A DNA stretch of 63,712 bases, filler included, from Choristocarpus tenellus KU-1152 (taxonomy: Eukaryota; Protista; Phaeophyceae), in the NCBI GenBank assembly GCA_964200185.2. It is 11 parts of 11 records of this genome, joined end to end, with 100 filler letters (N's around TTAATTAATTAA, not from the genome) between each part and the next. Parts side by side here need not be neighbours in the genome. Positions count along the whole stretch, not along the records: positions 20,404 to 30,760 come from CAXNAD020002974.1; positions 30,861 to 35,267 come from CAXNAD020014695.1; positions 35,368 to 38,615 come from CAXNAD020021273.1; 8 more parts are not named here. One strand, given 5' to 3'. Numbering within the stretch: the stretch's first letter is position 1; every line of letters begins with the position of its first letter. The translations under genes and the position numbers were made by a program. Of the stretch, positions 24,001-37,223 are shown one piece after another. Under the pieces are notes generated by a model. The model ran no database searches and had not been told where the DNA came from. It was given only the letters and a program-made list of their open reading frames with translations.

Positions 24001-27000
24001 TCCACAATATGCAATCTGACCTATCCTTTCTAAAGTTCACACATGGTACAGAAATCACAGCATGCTCCTCTGGTGAATTGGGGAAATCATGCACATCAAT
24101 GAACACGTTCATGATGATGGATTTGACCAAATTAAAGTACCTTCATCTCAACCCTCCTCTCGTACACACAAATCCTCCTTCTCCCAGACTTTAGATGTAC
24201 ATGATGGACCATCCTATCCGACCGAGTAGAGGTGGGTTTCTTGCTCAAAATGCATCCGATGACCTACTGAACAAGTCGCTACATGTCTCATATTTTACAG
24301 TATCATTGACGGACCTTATATGAAACTTATCGGATACACACTGAGAGTATTGGTGGTAATGCATGCCATTTTACCAAAAGTTAACCATAATATACCCATG
24401 GAAGACATTTGACCATTGTGCTGCACTCAGACCTATATTACATGCAAGATACTGTTACTATGTTTTGACCTGCTGAATCCTTCCTTGTCCTTCAATGTTT
24501 CCGTTTTGGTGTTCATCATAAATACTCCGAGTATGTAGAGACAGTATTGTGCCCGGTGAGATTTTGAAAGCTTCAATTACAGTAGCAAAATAAAGAGAGT
24601 TTCAGTTTTGTACTTGACAGATTTACACCTATTTTGATATGCAATTTTCAATATTATGGTGGTAAACAAACTTGTCTGTCAACTTGTAGTTCTGGGGTAG
24701 GGCCTGGATCTACATGATGTCTGGGGCCTTCATCGGCGGCTGAACTCCGACACGGTATCAGACCTAATGACCTGGTCACCTTCACCACGGTATCATCATC
24801 CTGGTCAAACCTCCCTTCGGTCCTAGACACATTGATAGCCACGTCATCGGCTTTAAGCATTCACCACATTTCCCCCTCAAGTGTTATTCCACACCTTCAC
24901 ATGGTGCCATTCCCGGGAAGAGGGAATTTTTCCGATGAGTTGGGGACCTGTCCAGTCAAAGGACGTCATTTCATACAGTGGCATTTATGATATACTTACC
25001 ACAAAAAAATGTTGTGTATACAAATGCGGGAAAATAATGCCGGTTCGAGTTTATCACTGATCGTTTTTGAGATTAAATTGAGAAAGACAACCTGTGGGTT
25101 GCTTGTAGTTCGAAGTCAAGGAGGAGGTGCCTAGCAAGACCAGAAGTCCACCTTTGAACAAATTCACAATAGGAGACTAGGCTGGAGATTAAATGGGTTG
25201 TGGAGGAAGGTGAGAATGAATCGGGGTTACATACGTCATTAACAGTAATAAGGTAATGATGGATCTGTGAGTCATTGCACCCCTTTCGTCCCTGTCTTTT
25301 CGGAAGGTGTCGTTGGTTTTATAGCATTTACAACAGCGTAGAAATTTTGTAGGAGAGGATATGATGATGGGCGAGGTGTATAAATGTGGAAGCTAAACTC
25401 CACTTCGCTGATTGAACTTCTTAATCCCAAGTTTAGAGGGTACACCAGTCCATGAGCATGCAGTTTTGACCTGGTCGACTTGTGCTTCCCTGTACGTAAT
25501 GAGTACATGCTGTTATCTCTACTGTCTATGGAAATTTATTCCCCACTATTCCACCACACTGCTTCCCTTTTCCTGTCCTCATTCACACCAGTTCATATTC
25601 ATGTATTTGTTATCTTTGCAAATGCTGAAAACGCTCACAAACTACAACCGTTTGCAAAAAGTACTTCGAGAGAACAAGCACAACAAGGTTGGCGTACATC
25701 GGTTGCCTTTTCATGCATATCGTCCGCTTGTATATGCATGATATTTAAAATATATCCCTTGCCGAAACAACGACAGAATGCTGGGCATGTTGCGAATACC
25801 CCTCTTGGTTTGGTTGGTATATCTCACTGCCACTTGCAGCAATGTTGCAAGTAGTTATCACTTTCAACTGTCTTTTCTAGCTTTGTCTGTAAATTTGCAA
25901 TATATGATACATATGTAGAGAGAGAGGTGAACAAGGCATCTTGCATCAGCGCAAGTGTTTTTGACATGATAGTTTGGTTTCAACTCTGTACTTTTGTAAC
26001 ATGATAGTTTATTTTCTCACCAACCCATTTGGGTCCAAGTTCTACAGAAGAAAAGAGCGCTCCTTGTAGGAAGTTTGGTCCTATCCTCTTTCCCTGAATC
26101 CCTTTCTTCATTGCCTTCTGTACTCTCCCTTATCCCATTGCCTTTATCGATCTGTCGCGATGTCTGTGACTCAGCAAATCATTGAGCAAAGACGACACTG
26201 TTGGCCTCACCTCTGCCAATGGAGCATTGGATCTTCGCCGTGGGCTGGTGTGGATCCAGGAGAAGAATTTTGAAGACAAGTTTGAGATCGTTGAAGTCAT
26301 TGGGTATGTAAATTTATCATCAGGCCAAGGAGGAGACGGGGTTCGGTGGTGTGGTCGGGGGGGAGGGTATAATCTCGTTGCATTTAGAAAAGAGCTGTCA
26401 AGCTTGAGAAATGACATCATCTTTTTTTGAATCACCACAAGTTTCCCGCCATTTCAAGAGTTACGCCAATTGCAGAACGAGGAAGAAATTTTTTTTCCGG
26501 AAGGGGTGAAGAGGTCCCGGTCAGGTTCAAGTACAGTTGCCGCTATTACGTCGCCCACGACCTCTTGGAGAGGATGTCTAGGCTATGTGAGGGGCATAAG
26601 CATCAAGTGGTGCTCTTTCACCGATCACAAGTTTTGTAGTGTGCCCAGATTCAAAGTAACTTCTCGCCGCCTTGTCGTTGAATGTACCATACACCCTTCG
26701 TGTTTGTAGTGCTCTACTGACTCTGTCGCGTGGTTGTTGTAAATTCCTGAGTGCAGTCGATATTATTGCAATCGCAAGCACTACCCCCACCTTCCCTTAC
26801 CTCAGTCCCCCGTAGCTCCCTACTTACACACATGCACATTTACTAGGAAGGGAAGCATCGGTGAGGTGTCCATTGTGCGGAGGAAGCAGGGCCTCAATGG
26901 CAGCAAGCACAGGAGGGATCTAAGCTGGAATGTGGATGGAGGTGGGAAGCCCTTGGAATATCTTCCTGATGGCGTGGGTGGGGGCTCGGTGGCAGAATCA

Positions 27001-27957
27001 ATTGGCAAGCAGGTAGGAATCCTGTGCATTTGTTGTGAAGAGTCCCTGGTGGAATGTGTTGTTGGCCCACTTCTTGTTCGGTGTGTGTGGGGGCTTGTCC
27101 AGTCTAGGTGGTTGCTATCGTACCTTTCATGCAACCGAGTACTTCTTTACCTCATAAGAATGTGCTGGTCATTTCATTCATGGTTCGGACGGACAATCTG
27201 CTGCTCTACACCAGAGGCACAGATCACATCAGCGTGATTAAAGCGGAGATAGGTTTCGATGAGGAGGCGTTGTTCAGAGAGCTTTGCTCTGGTGAAAAGC
27301 GTTTAGTATGCCACAGAAAGTGGGTTTTCTACCTTGGGAAGGCATGTCGGTGAAGACACAAAGAGTCCCTCCTCTCGAGGTCTGTGAGGGGGTTACTCCT
27401 CTCCTTCCATCCCCCCTGTTGAAGCGCTGATTCCCACTCTAGCTTTGCGTTCCCGTATTCAATTTGCGTATACCGGCATAGTAGGACTTTGTCCCAGCTA
27501 AGCTTCTGACTGTCCTCTGTTGGAAAATGAAGTGGAATTAGCAGGCCTACTAGCATTAAAAAAACAATAGAGGTTAGGGTTAGGGTTACGGTGCAATACT
27601 TGTCAACGATAACGGTTGGTATGCAGGTGATGAAAATGCAGTACTACCTAGTTGATGATGGCCCATTGATTGGGTACAATTGCATGCGTACCATTGGTGG
27701 CATAGTGCATTGTAGAGTGATGTCACGATCATTTACAGTGGGGTGGGGAGAGTTAATGGGGGTACATTACGGTGCAGTACGGGATGTCCGCGGTAAGGTT
27801 CTCGTTGTGGGGGGTGGGTGGGGGTGGGGGTGGGGGAGGTTTACTGTGGTGCACGCTGTGGCATAAGATTATTTTAAGAAGAGATACAAATATGGACAAA
27901 ATAAAATAGTGCTGTTTTAGTGTTCTTGAATCTCCATGTAATCTCACCTACCAATCG

Positions 27958-27958
<1 letters not shown>

Positions 27959-27992
<34 letters not shown>
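27959..27992. repeat. (GA)n microsatellite
   Basis: Read directly. Confidence 0.95.
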
Positions 27993-27997
<5 letters not shown>

Positions 27998-28414
27998 TAG
28001 GAACACAGTCTAAGCAAGTCTACACTATTTAATATGTTGTACTATGTTTGACAGGAGTATTGTAGTGTACGTATGTATGTGGTGAAAGTTTGAAGTATGG
28101 TCTGTGAAGTAAGCTTTTTTTTTTTGCATGAGCTTTTTTCAATTTCAAAATGCTCTTGCGTAATTTATGATAGTACATTCCATAGCAGAATTGCTTACGT
28201 GTGCGATACTTTGGAAAGCACGAACTTTCACACACGAAGAAAATTCTTTACAATGCAACTACATTGCCAAATGAGGAAGGCGTGTGCATGCAAGGTCTCC
28301 TCTTTCTCTTTTGCAGCAATGTGACTGCGACAATCTCTGTTCAGATGCTCGATACCATTGTACAAACAATTATGGGAAATTGGATTGCCATCACACCCTA
28401 CTGCGGTCCTGGGT

Positions 28415-28890
28415 TCAGTATGGTACAGTGCTGGATTGCCACTGTATGCCACATACAGTACTGGGTATGGGATAGTACTTGACTTGACTACCGTTGTAGG
28501 TACTGTACTGGGTACTGTACTGTACAGTGTTGAGTTGCCAACGTAGGTGCAGTACAGGGTATGGTACAGTGCAGAGCAGGGCATCGTACAGTGCAGTACA
28601 GTACAGGGTATGGTACAGTGCAGTGCAGGGCATGGTACAGTTCATTACAGGGTATGGTACAGTGCAGTACAGTACAGGGTATGGTACAGTACAGTGCAGG
28701 GCATGGTACAGTTCATTACAGGGTATGGTACAGTACAGTGCAGGGCATGGTACAGTTCATTACAGGGTATGGTACAGTACAGTGCAGGGCATGGTACAGT
28801 GCAGTACAGTACTGAATTACCATTACAGGTACGGCAATTGGTACAGTGTGGTATGGTACCTGGTATGGTACCTGGTATGGTACTGGACGT
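28415..28890. repeat. TACAG/GGTACAG-based minisatellite with 38-bp-type higher-order units
   Basis: GGGTATGGTACAGTACAGTGCAGGGCATGGTACAGTTCATTACA variants repeated. Confidence 0.9.
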
Positions 28891-29229
28891 AATGGTCCTG
28901 AATTACTCTTCTGTACAGTATGACTCGGTGAACCTAGTGTTTCATTGGATAGGTCAGACTGCAATGGGGGCTTCCATGGTATGGTAGTGAAGGTAGCAGG
29001 TGATGTAGACAAGTCTCCATTGTAGAGTGTAATAGTAGAAGTAGTGACCAACGTAGACATATCAATGCAAAGTATTCCATGGCTAGTAGCAGTAGTACCC
29101 TGAAGGGATACGGCATGTGAAGCCCTGGAAAAATACGCTGGTCGGTTGATGGTTAGGTGGTATATTTATATATATATTATGTTATATTATGTTATGGTTT
29201 TGTTGCTTGGCACTACGAGGAATAACCCA

Positions 29230-29540
29230 CAGTACGTTCAGCCGTTACGTTTGCAGTTCAACAGTTAGGTTTGCAGTTTGGCAGTTGTGTTTATAGTTCA
29301 ACAGTTATGTTTACAGTTCAACAGTTACATTTGCATTTCAACAGTTATGTTTACATTTCGACAGTAATATTTACAGTTTGGCAGTTACGTTTACAGTTCA
29401 ACAGTTACATTCACAGTTTGACAGTTACGTTTACATTTCAACAGTTACGTTTACCGTTCAACAGTAATGTTCACAGTTCAACAGTAGTGTTTACAGTTCA
29501 ACAGTTACGTTTACCAAGTTGTATAGTTATGTTTACACGG
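29230..29540. repeat. ~20-bp minisatellite (ACAGTTACGTTTACAGTTCA)
   Basis: About 15 degenerate units with period 20. Confidence 0.9.
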
Positions 29541-29869
29541 TTCCCTCTATTTTCTTATTATTACTACTATACTATTACTAAGATCTGCTTGGCACGGAGC
29601 AGGCGTGTTTCTTCCTCCCTCCTCTCACTCCGTACGAAAATTTTGAGTCAACAGCACGCCCCAGAGCATCGCTCGGGATTGGAAGTGTGCTAACAGTTAC
29701 CTGCTGTCATAGGACGACCTTTTTTTTTTTTGCCATTCCTTGTGCGCACTGCGGTTCAAAAGGTCGTATTAGAAAAAACAAAATTCAATTTGTGTCGAAC
29801 TGTGAAGAAGTGAAGTGTGCTTGTTGCAGGGATGAACCATACGTCCTAGAAATGGTAGAGTGGCCCATT

Positions 29870-29871
<2 letters not shown>

Positions 29872-29905
<34 letters not shown>
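29872..29905. repeat. (TG)n microsatellite
   Basis: Read directly. Confidence 0.95.
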
Positions 29906-29906
<1 letters not shown>

Positions 29907-30323
29907 TGGGATGGGATTGCGGCACTTGCGAAGATTAGACGGATTAGAATTGTCGAAGTTGTTGAAGTTTTTGTTGTTGCCATCCCCCTCGTGAGTCGTA
30001 CTGACTATTGATGTCTGAGAGGTGTGTTTGTGCATGCGTGTGTATGTGCTATCACAATTACATTATATATATATATTATATATATATATGTATTGTATAT
30101 GTGTTCTTTTTTTTGCATTGCATAAAAAAAAAAAAATGAATTGATTTTTGCTTGTGAAAAAGACCCACCGAAATCATAAAAAGAGAAGGATTGCTGCTGA
30201 ATGGAGGCCGGCATTTTTGTTTTGTTTTTGTTGTAGAAGTAAAAAGAGGTGAAGCAGATAGATACTTGGAAAGGGGGTGTTGATAAGGATGACTTCTGCA
30301 CGGTGAATGAATGTGCTACTCAC

Positions 30324-30422
30324 GAAACAGAGAGTAGTGCTCTCCACAGGAGGTGTGGGTTGTGACTCTTGTGTGCTCCAGGAACCTGTGCCACTAGAAA
30401 GTCGGAGGGGTCCTTTGTAACC
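30324..30422 (-). CDS. Candidate 99-nt internal exon of an unidentified gene
   Basis: TGCAG acceptor, GTGAGT donor, length divisible by 3, open frame VTKDPSDFLVAQVPGAHKSHNPHLLWRALLSV. No family recognised. Confidence 0.35.
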
Positions 30423-30677
30423 CTGCAGCACTCCCTCCCCTCTCTTTCAGTTGGTTTGGCTTAGAGGTAGTGCTGATATGTAGTCCAGTACAGTAATGTT
30501 TGTGCCTGTGTTTGATTGGGTGTGATGCCTGAAGGGAGAACGTGTTTAAGAATGGTTGGGAAGTTTTTTTAATTTTTATATTTTTAAATTTTGGACAGGA
30601 CATACGTGGTGGGACCTCAAGGTGTACATTGCGTTTGAAAGTACCACTTCTTATTTCATTAACACCACAGACAGACA

Positions 30678-30715
<38 letters not shown>

Positions 30716-31104
30716 ACCCCCCCACACCCCCCCCCCGACGCGCGCAGTCTGAGGGATGGGNNNNNNNNNNNNNNNNNNNNNNNNNNNNNNNNNNNNNNNN
30801 NNNNTTAATTAATTAANNNNNNNNNNNNNNNNNNNNNNNNNNNNNNNNNNNNNNNNNNNNGACATCCCAAAGGCAAGGCCAGGCCTCCGTCGCAGCAAGA
30901 CACTCCAATGTAGCCTTTGCATTCTGTAATTACCTGAAGGAGGAATTAGTGCTTGAAGACTAGGCACAGCGAAGCATATAGTCACCATATCCTTCCCAAA
31001 TCACACATTTGCATCGAAATCAGAGAGACGTGGTGTTCACCAGTTCCACTGTAGTTCCAAACCTTAGAATGAAACCCAATGGCGAAGTTCATGTTCTCCG
31101 ATAT

Positions 31105-31364
31105 GAGTGAAAGGACCTTAGAGGGTACGAGTTTTGCCCTTTTTGTCCATTCAGGGCTTGACATCCCATGTTTTATTTTCGTGACATTTTCCTACTCCAA
31201 AATGTTTCGGAGTGGGTAAGATGTATTCGTTATGAAAAGATGTGTTCGAAACAAGGATATTGACGCTTCCAAACAAACACAATAGCCTAAATTACATCAA
31301 AATTTCAACAATGGATTTTGGCCCCCAAATGGACGCGGCCCTACCCTCTAAGATACTTTGGCTC
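31105..31364 (+). mobile_element. MITE family A, TSD ATAT
   Basis: Both TIRs, ATAT on each side. Confidence 0.9.
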
Positions 31365-31424
31365 ATATCCGCCTTCTGATATGTATCGGAACCAAACGAT
31401 GTTCATTCGAGTTTATGATTCCGA

Positions 31425-31830
31425 TCCCAACCCTAGCACCTGTCCAAACCCTAACCCTGTGCCCTAACCCTGGCGCTGTCTCTCACCCTTACACAATAAC
31501 GAAATTATGCCAAGTCATGTTTCGCACTTCCTTCATTTGCTTGCCTAATGTCATTATTGCCATACTTTGTCGAACGGTAAAGAGTGGCAAAAAGTGCGGC
31601 TGTCCACATACCAACTTATTCAAAGCCACACACATCATGTCATACAACAGAGTGTGGCAAACGTTGCGGTGGTCCATGTACCAACCTTTTTCAGGGTACA
31701 CGCCTCAAGCCATTTTCATCATTCTTTACCATACGACAAATTATGGCAAAAGTCGCGGCTGTCATTATACTAACCTCTTTGAAGCTGCACACCTCGAAAC
31801 CATCATTCTCGACTTACCACAAAATTCAAT
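31425..31830. repeat. CCCTAA-like motifs followed by a degenerate ~70-90-bp repeat
   Basis: AACCCTAACCCTGTGCCCTAACCCT, then TGGCAAA...GCGG.TGTC...AC.AAC at about 31585, 31655, 31744. Confidence 0.6.
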
Positions 31831-32005
31831 CACGAGGTCATATCCCCCACAGAGAAAGGGGTGCATACGACGGTATGCGCATGTGGGGATATGTGCTGAA
31901 TGACATCATATGAAACGTTCGGTACCCCTTACAACACAAACCCCATCCTACACATTACTTTCCCATTCAACAGAACATGTCAATTGTAGCACATACATGC
32001 GCCAA

Positions 32006-32178
32006 GACCCAACGTATCTGGGGGAGGGGGGGGGTCTACACCAGAGTGTCCATCTGGACCAAAACCAGGAAAACTTTCATTATCCATTCGATGTATGGAA
32101 CCAAATCATCCATAACTTGCGACATGAAAAAATTGGCCCCAAATTGACAGCCGCCACCCCCCCTAGATACTTTGAGCC
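32006..32178. mobile_element. MITE family B, 3-bp flanks CAA/CAA
   Basis: GACCCAACGTATCTGGGG...CCCTAGATACTTTGAGCC. Confidence 0.85.
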
Positions 32179-32399
32179 CAATAGTGTCAGGGGCAACATC
32201 CACCATGTACTTGTGAACTGTTTCCCCAAAAAATTCAGATGAAAACACACACTTTACCGTGCAACAAACTACCCCATTCACTTCGTCCTACGTGCTTCAT
32301 GATACGTTTCCGTAATCATTTAGATGTGGCGATGTACCACATACGCAATACACACCTTTTCAGGATATTCTAATCGGGGCGGTTTCGGTTCTTGATGTA

Positions 32400-35250
32400 T
32401 CAAACACACCCTTCTCCATGCTTTCAAAGTGGGCTATCAGCCAACACGGCCGTACTCCGTGGAACACGTCGTGACCAAACATTGTGCAAGCCCCTTCCAA
32501 TGAACAAAGATGCAGTATTATGTATGTTCGCATCTTGAAGATACATCGCTCATGCCAAAGGGAAACAAACCCACCCAACTCATATCGTAACCTTGTTTGA
32601 ATCCCACTCAGGAAACGGGGACTCAAGAGACTGTCCATGACCAGTGCCACTCGTTCGTGGAAGAAATCCAAAACGGACCAGATCATGGACCTCTTCCTCT
32701 CCATGTTTGTCAACCATGATGGTCCAGAAGAGGTTGAAGGAAGCGGCCGCGCTTGGAACGACCTTGCCTCTTGGCTATTGGATGAGAGAAGCAGATTTGC
32801 ACCGTTGGCGAGTGCGCTGCGAGTTGTGCTGGCTCGGGAACAACCCGAGTCCACGCCTGATCTCCAGGTCAAGACGTTCCTATAACGTGTAAAGTCAAAT
32901 CTTAGCACTGAGCTCACCCGCCAGGTATACAAATCCATCCTCGTTGACATCGCTCCTGATGTTGAAATAGGCGATGATGGGGTGACATCGACGTATCAAC
33001 CCCTTCTGTCTGTCACAATAAGAAAACACGATATCAATGTCGACACACTAAGGTCATCCGCCAAAAAATACACGGAATTCATGCGAGACATGTGGCGACA
33101 GGCAAGCCCCTCCGCATTGGCTGCCGATGTCGATGGAGGATCGTCTCCCTTATCCGACACCCACGCCCCTCACTACTCTCCTCGAGACACCACCCACAGG
33201 TATGGAAGTTCGTTCTCATCAACCATCAATGGTGAGAGACACATAACTTGGCCCCCGGGCAAACACGTCCACTGAATGTCGAAAACAATTTGAGTAAAAG
33301 TATCTTAGAGGGTACGAATTTTGTCCTGTTTGTCCGTATATGGGGTTTGGCTTCCCACGGGTTTTTATTGACATTTTACCTACTCCAAAATGTTTCGGAG
33401 TAGGTAAAATGTATACGTTATGAAAAGGAGTGTCAGACAAGGATATTGACATCTAACAAACATGACAGTCAAAATTACATCAAAATTACATCAAAATTAC
33501 ATCGAAATTGCAACATTGGATTTTGGTACCCAAATGGACGTGGCTGTACCCTCTAAAATACTTTGTCTCTTTCATCACTAACAAATGACCGGATGATCCC
33601 TCATATCCTGGTGCTCAACTGACACATGCCCCATATCTCCCATCGTTACCTCAGACAAAATGACAGACCAAGGGTATTCGACGTGAGAAGGGACAGATCC
33701 TCGCGACAGTTCGATGTGCAGCATCCCGATACGCATATTCTTGGTATCACCGTATGGGAGAGCAACAGCACTGCAATGCCCCATGATCCGGTCACATCTC
33801 ACAATTCCACCCAGGGCATGCACTACTTAGACCCACATACGAAAAAGAGAGTTTGCCGCCCGGATGCACTGTGCCAACAGCACGCTCAGAGGTACTCTAC
33901 ACTACCGAGTGTCATCCTCACAAATATTGCGCATATCCACCCTCGACACTTTATGGATTAATCATTGTAACATGTTCATTCTCAACCAACACAACTCTAA
34001 CATTACACCACATATACGTGGTGGCGCAACCGACGTGACAGCAGGTCACAGACTGGGACAGATGAGGATGTCTACGCCAACTTCAGGGAGAGATTCGAAC
34101 AGGAGGGGACTTCAGGACCAATACCCTGTCTGTTGACATTCGTGAAGTGGAGACCGTTCTACATCACAAAGGCCACGCCAAGGTGTGTGCAGAAATAGTC
34201 TTTCGATTCTTAGGATACATGCTACTGTGATGATTGGGTAAATCGATATTTCCTAACTGCCACAGGGTACTCAGTCATCTACTGCATCGTCCGTGTCCAC
34301 ACACAAGGGGTGCTAACCCACTGTATCCCTCCCTCCACTCTCCCACACAACGCAGATAGTGCGTTTGCATTCACCACATGACCACCGACCTCAAGGCTCA
34401 GTGCCTAAGAGAGAGAACTGGAAGAAAATACATACAAGGATATTCTTTGGTGACGATGGGCAACGCATTTGCGCATGCACATGCGCATTCTGTGACAAAG
34501 GCAAAGGATGCGGGTCTGAAGAAGTAGAGGCTGCACTCGAAAGTGATGCTCATTTAATGGCCTTGCTCTTGTAAGTTCCTATGCCAGACCACACCCACGA
34601 CGTGGCAAATGTATGAGCACAACGAGCTGGAATGGTATCCAAAATAATGAAACCGCACTGTAGATACACACCAACGTACTCGCCCTCAAACCGTTTCACT
34701 ACGTCCTCTAACAATGTGGCAGCGACAGCCGGACTCCACTAGTGGCGTTCGATCCGCTACTCAAACCTCTACACTGACAACAAAGACCGCTCTTAGACTA
34801 ATCAAAACAAAACAGATGCGAGAGGACCGTGCTGGAGCCCCTCAGCGAACCGTCCTCTGGCGCTTCCTTGAGCAGTTTCAAAAATTCTTGTGTCGACAGT
34901 ACATGTGACAGGTGTGACTGGAAATCTCACCCGATGTGGAAGTGCCCTTGTATATTGGACTCTCACAGCACACATGTCACATGGAACGAGTCCGTCCACA
35001 CATACACTCTGGTGGTGGAGGCCGACATGCAACGAAAGACTTGTCAGGAGATAAAGGTGTGCCTTATCCAAACACTCACCAACTAGTTAGATTTGGAAGA
35101 CGAACCTGTCCGGTTCGAACCTCACGCTGGGCCCCGGAGCGATATAGCAACCTACCCTACCAATCGACCATATCTCCATGTTCACATCCAGACCACACAC
35201 CCATGCTCCAATAAATCTCTATGTCCGTCGACACTGCCACACAGGCGAGC
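32400..35250 (+). pseudogene. Long degraded coding relic interrupted by a family A MITE; possible transposase
   Basis: 32637-33275 is one frame with a single internal stop. Further broken plus-strand ORFs carry Cys clusters (CACTCAFC; CVDSTCDRCDW...WKCP...VTW). Confidence 0.4.
33292..33569 (+). mobile_element. MITE family A with internal (CAAAATTACAT)x3 expansion, flanks TTT/TTT
   Basis: Both TIRs present; colinear with other copies. Confidence 0.88.
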
Positions 35251-35367
35251 CACAGTATCTTAGAGGGNNNNNNNNNNNNNNNNNNNNNNNNNNNNNNNNN
35301 NNNNNNNNNNNTTAATTAATTAANNNNNNNNNNNNNNNNNNNNNNNNNNNNNNNNNNNNNNNNNNNN

Positions 35368-35865
35368 CCTGTGTTGTTACAAAGACTATTTGTCGTAGGC
35401 AGGATTTGACCGCCCCTTTCCTACTGTAGCCTCCAGTTCTTCTCCCCCCTATCGCGTGCGTAGCTAGCTCATCCAGGAAACTCTCTGCTTGCTTACCGAG
35501 GCACCCAAAAATCTCCACCGCAAAGGTTTTGAGGTTATAACTACGAGGATCAAAAGAGCCCTTGTAGTGGTTGCTCTTTCACACCTCAGCCACAGCAGCA
35601 GCTACACTATTGTTGGTGGATGAGGGTGGCAGGTGAGATGCTGCCTGCACTTCAGTAAACGTAGCGTCCACCAGGAGGAAGTCATTGTCTCTGCAGGGAG
35701 CTGATCCGGTGCCTGAGAGTGCACCAGCAAGAAAGACCAGGTCCATTCGGAAATTCCTATGGGGAATGGGCCGCCGTCCTCCATAGTGCGAAAAATGCCC
35801 ATTCCTTTGCATAGTTGGACCAGACGCTTCACCATCGGTGTGTGTTCGCCTGTCCTTCTGCCCTA
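35368..35865 (-). mobile_element. Non-LTR retrotransposon fragment: C-terminal restriction-like endonuclease region (CRE/R2-group type)
   Basis: RMDLVF...LLVDAT...AAAVAEV*KSNHYKGSFDPRSYNLKTFAVEIFGCLGKQAESFLDELA follows the RxD...D...K..Y...E.FG..G..A pattern of RLE domains; internal stop. Confidence 0.75.
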
Positions 35866-36810
35866 TGGTGTTGCCAGTCACCTCTAGGATAAGACCGGCC
35901 TTGGTTCATTTCGCAGTGATGTAAGGCGTCCCGATTGGTGATCAGCATATCAAATTAAAGCTGAGACCAAATGCTGTCGATTGGCACAAAGAAACCCGGT
36001 CCCAAAATACTTTGTGTTGAGTTATGAAATGCCAAAGGTTCGGTTGAATTGCAAAAAAAATGAAAATCGCTGAAAATCATATCAAGATTTTTTGCGATCG
36101 GATTTCTTTGTGCCAATCGATTCCTTATGATCTCAGATTTAATTTGATGTGCTGATCGCCAATCAGGTCGCCTTACATCACCTCGAAAGTAATCAAGACC
36201 TGTGATGCTATCATAAAGGTGACTGTTAACAACATACTTGTGTGAGGCTTTCGGAGCTTAACCTTCTCACATAGCTCACTACAACGTAGATTGTCCATCA
36301 GAACTCGGCACAACGGCTACGGAAGCCCCTCTGTCGAAGGACATGCTGGATATTGTGGTGCGGTCTCTACCTCCAGGCTTCAAGTTTCACAGAAGTCGAA
36401 GTCTAAGGTTGAGCAGAGTGCATGCGCTGGTGATTGCCGTTTGTCAAGAGGGGGACTCGCGCTTGATCGAGTAGACCAGTCAATCACCGCGGAACAAGAA
36501 ATCAAAGAGGGGTCGCAACTACGACTGAGAGCATGTATTCTTGGCCAAGCTCGATGATGAGGGCTGGCTCGCTGGCTGCTGTCTGACGAGCTCTTAGGTG
36601 TAACAGTGGAGCGACAATAACAATGAAGAGGTTAGGGTTGCACACAAACGGATGAGACATGTAGGATCACGACTCTTCTTCTCCCATGGAAACTCATTCT
36701 GGGAGAGGAGAAACAGCCCTCCAAGCCATATACTGGAAGACGGACGGACAGATGTCTAAGTGACTTGGTTTTAGTGAGGAAAATCGCCCTCTCACTCATC
36801 GCACCACAAC
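35865..36810 (+). repeat. ~0.9-kb interspersed repeat, copy 1, starting with a ~370-bp imperfect inverted repeat
   Basis: Reverse-complement match to 60090-61030. Arms about 35865-35995 and 36100-36236 pair with each other. Confidence 0.85.
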
Positions 36811-37047
36811 CAACTCCAACCTATCTAATATTATTAGGAGTGATTCAAGGGTAGCATGAAGCTTTATTTCGACGAAAAACTACTGCCTTCCTGTGTCTTT
36901 TTATTATTATTATGCCCTCTGACATTTTGGAGGTTTGTCTGTTCTTGTACCGTTATTGCCGTATACCGTTATACCGATTGAGAGGATCTGTTTTGAGAAC
37001 TTCGGTTCAACTGTGTGGAAGATATCCGAATTGTGATCCTCCCCACT

Positions 37048-37223
37048 TCCTCAGTTCCCCACTTTTTCCCGGAAGCCTTTTCAGTCTTGCACTCGTCCAA
37101 CCATAACCTCGTCCTCTCGGTTACGGTTCGACTTCGTCTCTCTGGTCCGTCTTGGCCGGTGATTCTCTTCACCAACCCTTGGCTGAGTGATCTACGCCGC
37201 CACAGAATCACCCAATTCATATA
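37048..37223 (-). CDS. Candidate isolated exon, unknown gene
   Basis: CTACAG acceptor then YMNWVILWRRRSLSQGLVKRITGQDGPERRSRTVTERTRLWLDECKTEKASGKKWG; donor uncertain. Confidence 0.35.

Noticed and set aside
28228-29693. Overlapping ORFs on both strands
   Set aside because: By-products of minisatellites.
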